DNA from: a virus
Length of the DNA stretch: 64,000 nt
IMG/VR virus record: IMGVR_UViG_3300023174_000129
Location: 1 to 64,000 of that record
Direction: 5' to 3' (one strand)
Part shown: positions 59,852 through 64,000 of the stretch, in pieces
How the letters are laid out: every line of letters begins with the position of its first letter
Numbering within the stretch: position 1 is the first letter of the stretch
The notes under the pieces: model-generated
Database searches by the model: none
Told to the model about the DNA's origin: nothing
What the model saw: the letters and a program-made list of their open reading frames with translations, nothing else
Made by a program: the position numbers and the translations under genes

Positions 59852-60304
59852 ATGGATAGAAATTTTATAGAAGAAGAAATAAGAAATATAATCGATAAAT
59901 ATATCGGTAGATATAATTCTGATTATGTTAAAACAAATATTAAAAATGATATAACACATTATTTAACAGAATTGATGTCAGAAAATATCATTTCAAATTA
60001 TGGAGATATTAATATTATAGGAGATAAAGATTGTATTAAAGTAAATATAACACCAAATATAGTATTCACCGAATATATAATAAAATATATTTATACTGCT
60101 GAAACAAATTTTTTCGTAAATGGTTATATATATGATATTTATTTTAATAATTTAAGTCCTAAATATATAAAATTAAATGATAAATTAGTAATTGATTTAA
60201 ATACGAATCTGCATAGAGAAGTAATAATATCTATGATAGATAAGGAATTCGTTGAATTATCAATTTATAGAAATAATAGAATTGATGAAATATTAAAGGA
60301 CTAA
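59852..60304 (+). CDS. Hypothetical protein
   Basis: 150 aa, ends RNNRIDEILKD. Confidence 0.5.
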   Translation: MDRNFIEEEIRNIIDKYIGRYNSDYVKTNIKNDITHYLTELMSENIISNYGDINIIGDKDCIKVNITPNIVFTEYIIKYIYTAETNFFVNGYIYDIYFNNLSPKYIKLNDKLVIDLNTNLHREVIISMIDKEFVELSIYRNNRIDEILKD

Positions 60305-60655
60305 TTGGTAATTATTATAATCGTCTAATAAACCTTTTAATTCAAATCCTAAACTTTTATAAAGATTGTTGGCAACATCATTAGTTGTTTCAGTATTTAA
60401 TTCCATAATTTTACAACCTTTTTGTTTTGCTCTATCAATTGCAGATTTCATTAATTTTTTGCTATAACCTTTTCCTCTAAATTTTTCCAAAACAGCTACA
60501 GAAAAAACTGATGCTTTATCATCTGATGAAAAACATAAAATTAAGCTACCAACTTGTTTATTATTTTCTCTTATATAAATAAGTTCTGAATCGAGATGTA
60601 TACTATTTACATCCACAAAATAATTATTTTCTGTAATTTGACTAAATTTATTCAT
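60293..60655 (-). CDS. GNAT acetyltransferase (RimI-like)
   Basis: VAVLEKFRGKGYSKKL, NDVANNLYKSLGF; N-terminus MNKFSQITE. Confidence 0.88.
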   Translation of the reverse strand: MNKFSQITENNYFVDVNSIHLDSELIYIRENNKQVGSLILCFSSDDKASVFSVAVLEKFRGKGYSKKLMKSAIDRAKQKGCKIMELNTETTNDVANNLYKSLGFELKGLLDDYNNYQLVL

Positions 60656-60705
60656 AAATTAAACTTTTTATAAAATATATATTTAATATAAAAACACAAT
60701 TTTTA

Positions 60706-61914
60706 ATGTTGAAAGATTCTATAAAATCTAAATTAGAAACAAAAAAGTATTCGCTACAATTTCTACCAGAATCAATAAAAGATATAACAACTGAAAAATC
60801 GGTTTTTTATAATGGTAAAAAACTTAAACCATCATTTATAATCGATATCATACATAATTTACTTTTAAGATATTATTTTAGAAAAGAAAATGCATTTCCA
60901 CTTTCGTCAACTATTCTCAAAGAAAAATATGGTTATTTATATAACTATTATATGGATTATTTAGTTAGTAAAAATATATTACATATAATAAAAGAATATA
61001 AAATCGGTAAAAATACACGAACATATAAATTTGATGATTCTATTTTAGATGAAACCATTTTAAGATATAAAAATGATAACCAATCTTTATTAAAAAAATA
61101 TAAAAAAGCTGTTAGTGCTATTGATAATAATGATATTTTAAAAAATTCTATTTATCCAGAGATAAAACAAAAATTAGTATCTGATTTATTTACCACTTCA
61201 ATTGAATTTGATAAAGCATTATATTATTTAAATAATACAATTCAAGATAAAGATTCTTACAATAAGAATAAATATTCCGTAGAATCTATACATGACCGAC
61301 ATATATTTTACCATTTTGATTGTTATGGAAGATTGCATACTAATTTCACTATTTTAAAATCATTTATAAGAAAAAATTGTCTTTTAATTAAAAATAAACC
61401 AACTTGTGAAATAGATATTTCTAATTCACAACCACTTTTTTTAACTAAAATAATACATGAAGAAGGTATAGGATTATCAAATACACATGAGTTTAAAGTT
61501 TTTAGTTATCTTGTAATACATGGTAAGTTTTATCAATTTTTAATGGATAATTCAAATATCAAAGATAAAAAAACATGTAAAGAATTAGTTTATGTAACAT
61601 TATTTGGTAGAAATGGAAAATCTATTAACAATCCATTTGCTAAACTTTTTCCAAAAATATATAATTTTCTAATCGATTATAAAAAAACATATGAAGATTA
61701 CCGTATAGTTTCACATAAATTACAAAATTTAGAATCACAATTTATATTTAATAAAGTAATAAAAACTTTGTCAATAATTAATCCTGATATAAATGTAATA
61801 ACCATACATGATAGTATTATAGTTCAGGAACAGCATAAGCAACAAGTGCAATCTTTAATGAATTCTATGTTATTAAATGAGTTTGATTTTATAGATAGGG
61901 AATATACATTCTAG
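60706..61914 (+). CDS. Protein with family-A-like polymerase palm motifs and putative N-terminal wHTH
   Basis: YGRLHT, EIDISNSQP, CKELVYVTLFG, LQNLES, TIHDSI. Confidence 0.55.
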   Translation: MLKDSIKSKLETKKYSLQFLPESIKDITTEKSVFYNGKKLKPSFIIDIIHNLLLRYYFRKENAFPLSSTILKEKYGYLYNYYMDYLVSKNILHIIKEYKIGKNTRTYKFDDSILDETILRYKNDNQSLLKKYKKAVSAIDNNDILKNSIYPEIKQKLVSDLFTTSIEFDKALYYLNNTIQDKDSYNKNKYSVESIHDRHIFYHFDCYGRLHTNFTILKSFIRKNCLLIKNKPTCEIDISNSQPLFLTKIIHEEGIGLSNTHEFKVFSYLVIHGKFYQFLMDNSNIKDKKTCKELVYVTLFGRNGKSINNPFAKLFPKIYNFLIDYKKTYEDYRIVSHKLQNLESQFIFNKVIKTLSIINPDINVITIHDSIIVQEQHKQQVQSLMNSMLLNEFDFIDREYTF

Positions 61915-61944
61915 TTATAAATAATTATTTTTAATATATAGTGT

Positions 61945-62514
61945 ATGATTAATCTTAATGATATAAACTTATCATATATTATAGCATCACCTGAAATTGA
62001 AGGTTTAAGCCAAACTGAAAATATACATAGGAACAATACTTTTGTAAATATGTTATATTCTTTGAATTATTCTATTATTCCAATTTGGGGATTTCAAAAT
62101 GCTATTTATGAAAAATATTATATTGCTATTAGTAGCGAATCTAATGATATTTTTGAAAAAGAAACTAGATTAATTATCAATCAATTTTGTTTTAATGAAT
62201 TAGTAGTTAAATTCAAAGGTGAATCTTTATTAACAAGAATTTTATGGAATGGTGAAAAATTTCCAATAGAAGTTAAATACTATGATAATAGTATGGATAA
62301 AAAAGTATTTATCCATGAAGGCGTTACATTTACTTTAAATGAGCAGAAAAGATATTACTTTCCTTCAAAAAAAGAACATTTAAAAGAAGGTATGTTAATT
62401 GAATATTTCAATAATAATTTATGGACACAAAGAAAAATTAATAATTTAGATTTAGAATATGAAAAAATGTATAAATTATTAATGAAATATGAAAAAATAA
62501 GAGTTAATTATTAA
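61945..62514 (+). CDS. Hypothetical protein
   Basis: 189 aa; TAATATATA at 61932. Confidence 0.6.
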   Translation: MINLNDINLSYIIASPEIEGLSQTENIHRNNTFVNMLYSLNYSIIPIWGFQNAIYEKYYIAISSESNDIFEKETRLIINQFCFNELVVKFKGESLLTRILWNGEKFPIEVKYYDNSMDKKVFIHEGVTFTLNEQKRYYFPSKKEHLKEGMLIEYFNNNLWTQRKINNLDLEYEKMYKLLMKYEKIRVNY

Positions 62515-64000
62515 TGAAATGGCTTAAATATTTTAAAATAAATGAAGATCAACAAAATCCAAAAGAAATTGCTGATAAATATTATAAAGATATACCAACA
62601 GACATATTAAGTAAATTTGTTGAAGCTGATCCAACTTCTGTTATTAAAGACGGTAAAGTCAAAAAAATTGGTTCTTATGTTAAATTTTTAGCTAAAATTT
62701 ATAGAAATAAATCTTTATTGTTAGAAGATTTACCAAGAGCAAAACAATATTTAACAATTTATCATAATAATAAAGCTAATTTAAAGGATAAAGATATATT
62801 AAAATTCGATTCATTATCTGATTTAGCTAAAGCAGTAAGGCAATATTTAGATATTGAATCTGGTGAATTAACACCATTTTTAAAACAACTACCAGAAAAT
62901 TCATATAAATTATTATTTGAAAATAATGATTGGCGAGTATATAAGCCATTAACAGAACAAGCAGCAGCAGTATTAGGAATTGGAACATCGTGGTGCACAT
63001 CATGGGGAAAATACGCTGTTGAAAAAGATAAACAATCATTAACAAGCCAGTTTTACAAATACAAAAATAATCTATTAGTATTCGTAAATAATAATATAGA
63101 TAAACCAGAGTGGCAATTACATTTAGAAACTAAACAATTTAATGATAAATGGGATAAAAACCGATTTAATAATGCATTACCAGAATTATTAGAAAATAAT
63201 ATTGATTTATGTTATGCTATATTTCCATACTTAAAAGATTTAGAAAATTTTGAGAATCTATCTTCAGCAACTAAGTATTTATATTTATATCCAGATACAA
63301 TTCATAATATAGTTAAAGAAAAGATATCTTCTACATTACCAATCAATATTTTTAAAAAATTTAGTGTAATGTGGAATATTGAATCCTCAGATGAAGATAA
63401 ATCACTTAATTTATTACGGCTATTGAATATATCAAATATAATAAAAGATGAATTTGAAGATGAAGCTTCTGCTTTTGTTGAGTTCTATAAAAAAAGCGAT
63501 CATATCGAATTTAAATATAAATTATTAAAAAAACAATTAAAAAATTATTATGAATTAGAAGGTTATTTAAGATATTGTAATAATCCTATATGGAATGATA
63601 CTTTTTGGGATATCAGTAATATTAATATTAGTGATATAATAACTGAAAAAGAGTTATTCGGAAAAGGTTTATTTGATGATTTAAAAAATATAAATTTAGA
63701 GTGGATAAATACTTATGATAAATTAAAAGAATATTTGACAGAAGAACAATATAAAAAATTAATTAAAATATTTAATGATAAATATATAGAAGAATATAAT
63801 TCTCAAATAGAAGATTTAGCAAAAAGTATTGGTAATAAAGTTACTAATATTATTGAAATGTCAGATAAGGATATACAAATAGATGAGGATATTTTCTTAA
63901 ACTCATTATTATCACTTTATATTTACAGAAATCAACGAGTAAATGAGCCTGATATTTCATTAGAAGATGTTATAGATTATATTTTTGATGATAATGATAT
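62514..64000 (+). CDS. Large tag-family protein with PcfJ-like WCT motif, 3'-truncated (not in ORF track)
   Basis: ATG overlaps upstream stop; MKWLKYFKINE...EADPTS...EDLP...PLTEQAAAVLGIGTSWCT; appears open to the window end. Confidence 0.7.
   Translation, partial: MKWLKYFKINEDQQNPKEIADKYYKDIPTDILSKFVEADPTSVIKDGKVKKIGSYVKFLAKIYRNKSLLLEDLPRAKQYLTIYHNNKANLKDKDILKFDSLSDLAKAVRQYLDIESGELTPFLKQLPENSYKLLFENNDWRVYKPLTEQAAAVLGIGTSWCTSWGKYAVEKDKQSLTSQFYKYKNNLLVFVNNNIDKPEWQLHLETKQFNDKWDKNRFNNALPELLENNIDLCYAIFPYLKDLENFENLSSATKYLYLYPDTIHNIVKEKISSTLPINIFKKFSVMWNIESSDEDKSLNLLRLLNISNIIKDEFEDEASAFVEFYKKSDHIEFKYKLLKKQLKNYYELEGYLRYCNNPIWNDTFWDISNINISDIITEKELFGKGLFDDLKNINLEWINTYDKLKEYLTEEQYKKLIKIFNDKYIEEYNSQIEDLAKSIGNKVTNIIEMSDKDIQIDEDIFLNSLLSLYIYRNQRVNEPDISLEDVIDYIFDDND

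Noticed and set aside
4587-63045. Short overlapping ORFs in the track (4587, 6639, 10170, 10758, 13712, 14540, 20224, 22959, 25009, 28971, 34167, 37920, 40131, 40249, 43937, 44531, 47369, 52614, 55096, 59609, 62762, 62827)
   Set aside because: Antisense or off-frame shadows of better-supported genes, with no motifs
1-64000. Stop-codon reassignment, as in some large Bacteroidota phages
   Set aside because: NrdA, NrdB, helicases and ClpP are full length in code 11; readthrough of the polB TAG meets TAA after five codons
1-64000. CRISPR array or tRNA genes
   Set aside because: No regularly spaced direct repeats or cloverleaf seen by eye; the only tRNA-like element is the tmRNA

Overview
Very AT-rich, gene-dense 64-kb segment of a large tailed dsDNA (jumbo-type, T4-like gene content) phage genome in standard code 11. 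A Bacteroidota host is inferred from TAnnTTTG -7 promoter boxes, the absence of Shine-Dalgarno motifs and a Bacteroidota-like ClpP. It encodes putative virion proteins, NrdAB, a gp41/DnaB-like helicase, a DinG-like helicase, the N-terminal half of a split family B DNA polymerase, ClpP, SUI1/YciH, PurM, RpiB, two anticodon-less class II aaRS-like proteins, eight DNA methyltransferases, three homing-endonuclease-like genes and a tmRNA with a 27-codon tag. Two structures stand out. (1) About 20 unrelated genes share an N-terminal peptide (MKY[LI]KxFE / MKT[YF]xEFIxE) resembling the T4 internal-protein capsid-targeting sequence, mostly behind a TAATATATA motif and fused to ADP-ribosyltransferase-like, GNAT, lysozyme-like, hydrolase, ferritin-like and PcfJ-like domains, suggesting a large head-packaged, injected effector set. 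(2) A 4763-bp IS1595-family cargo transposon (27-bp IRs, 8-bp TSD) splits one tagged gene and carries phage-style cargo plus a candidate ~135-nt structured ncRNA. All protein calls come from motif recognition by eye; no database searches were run.
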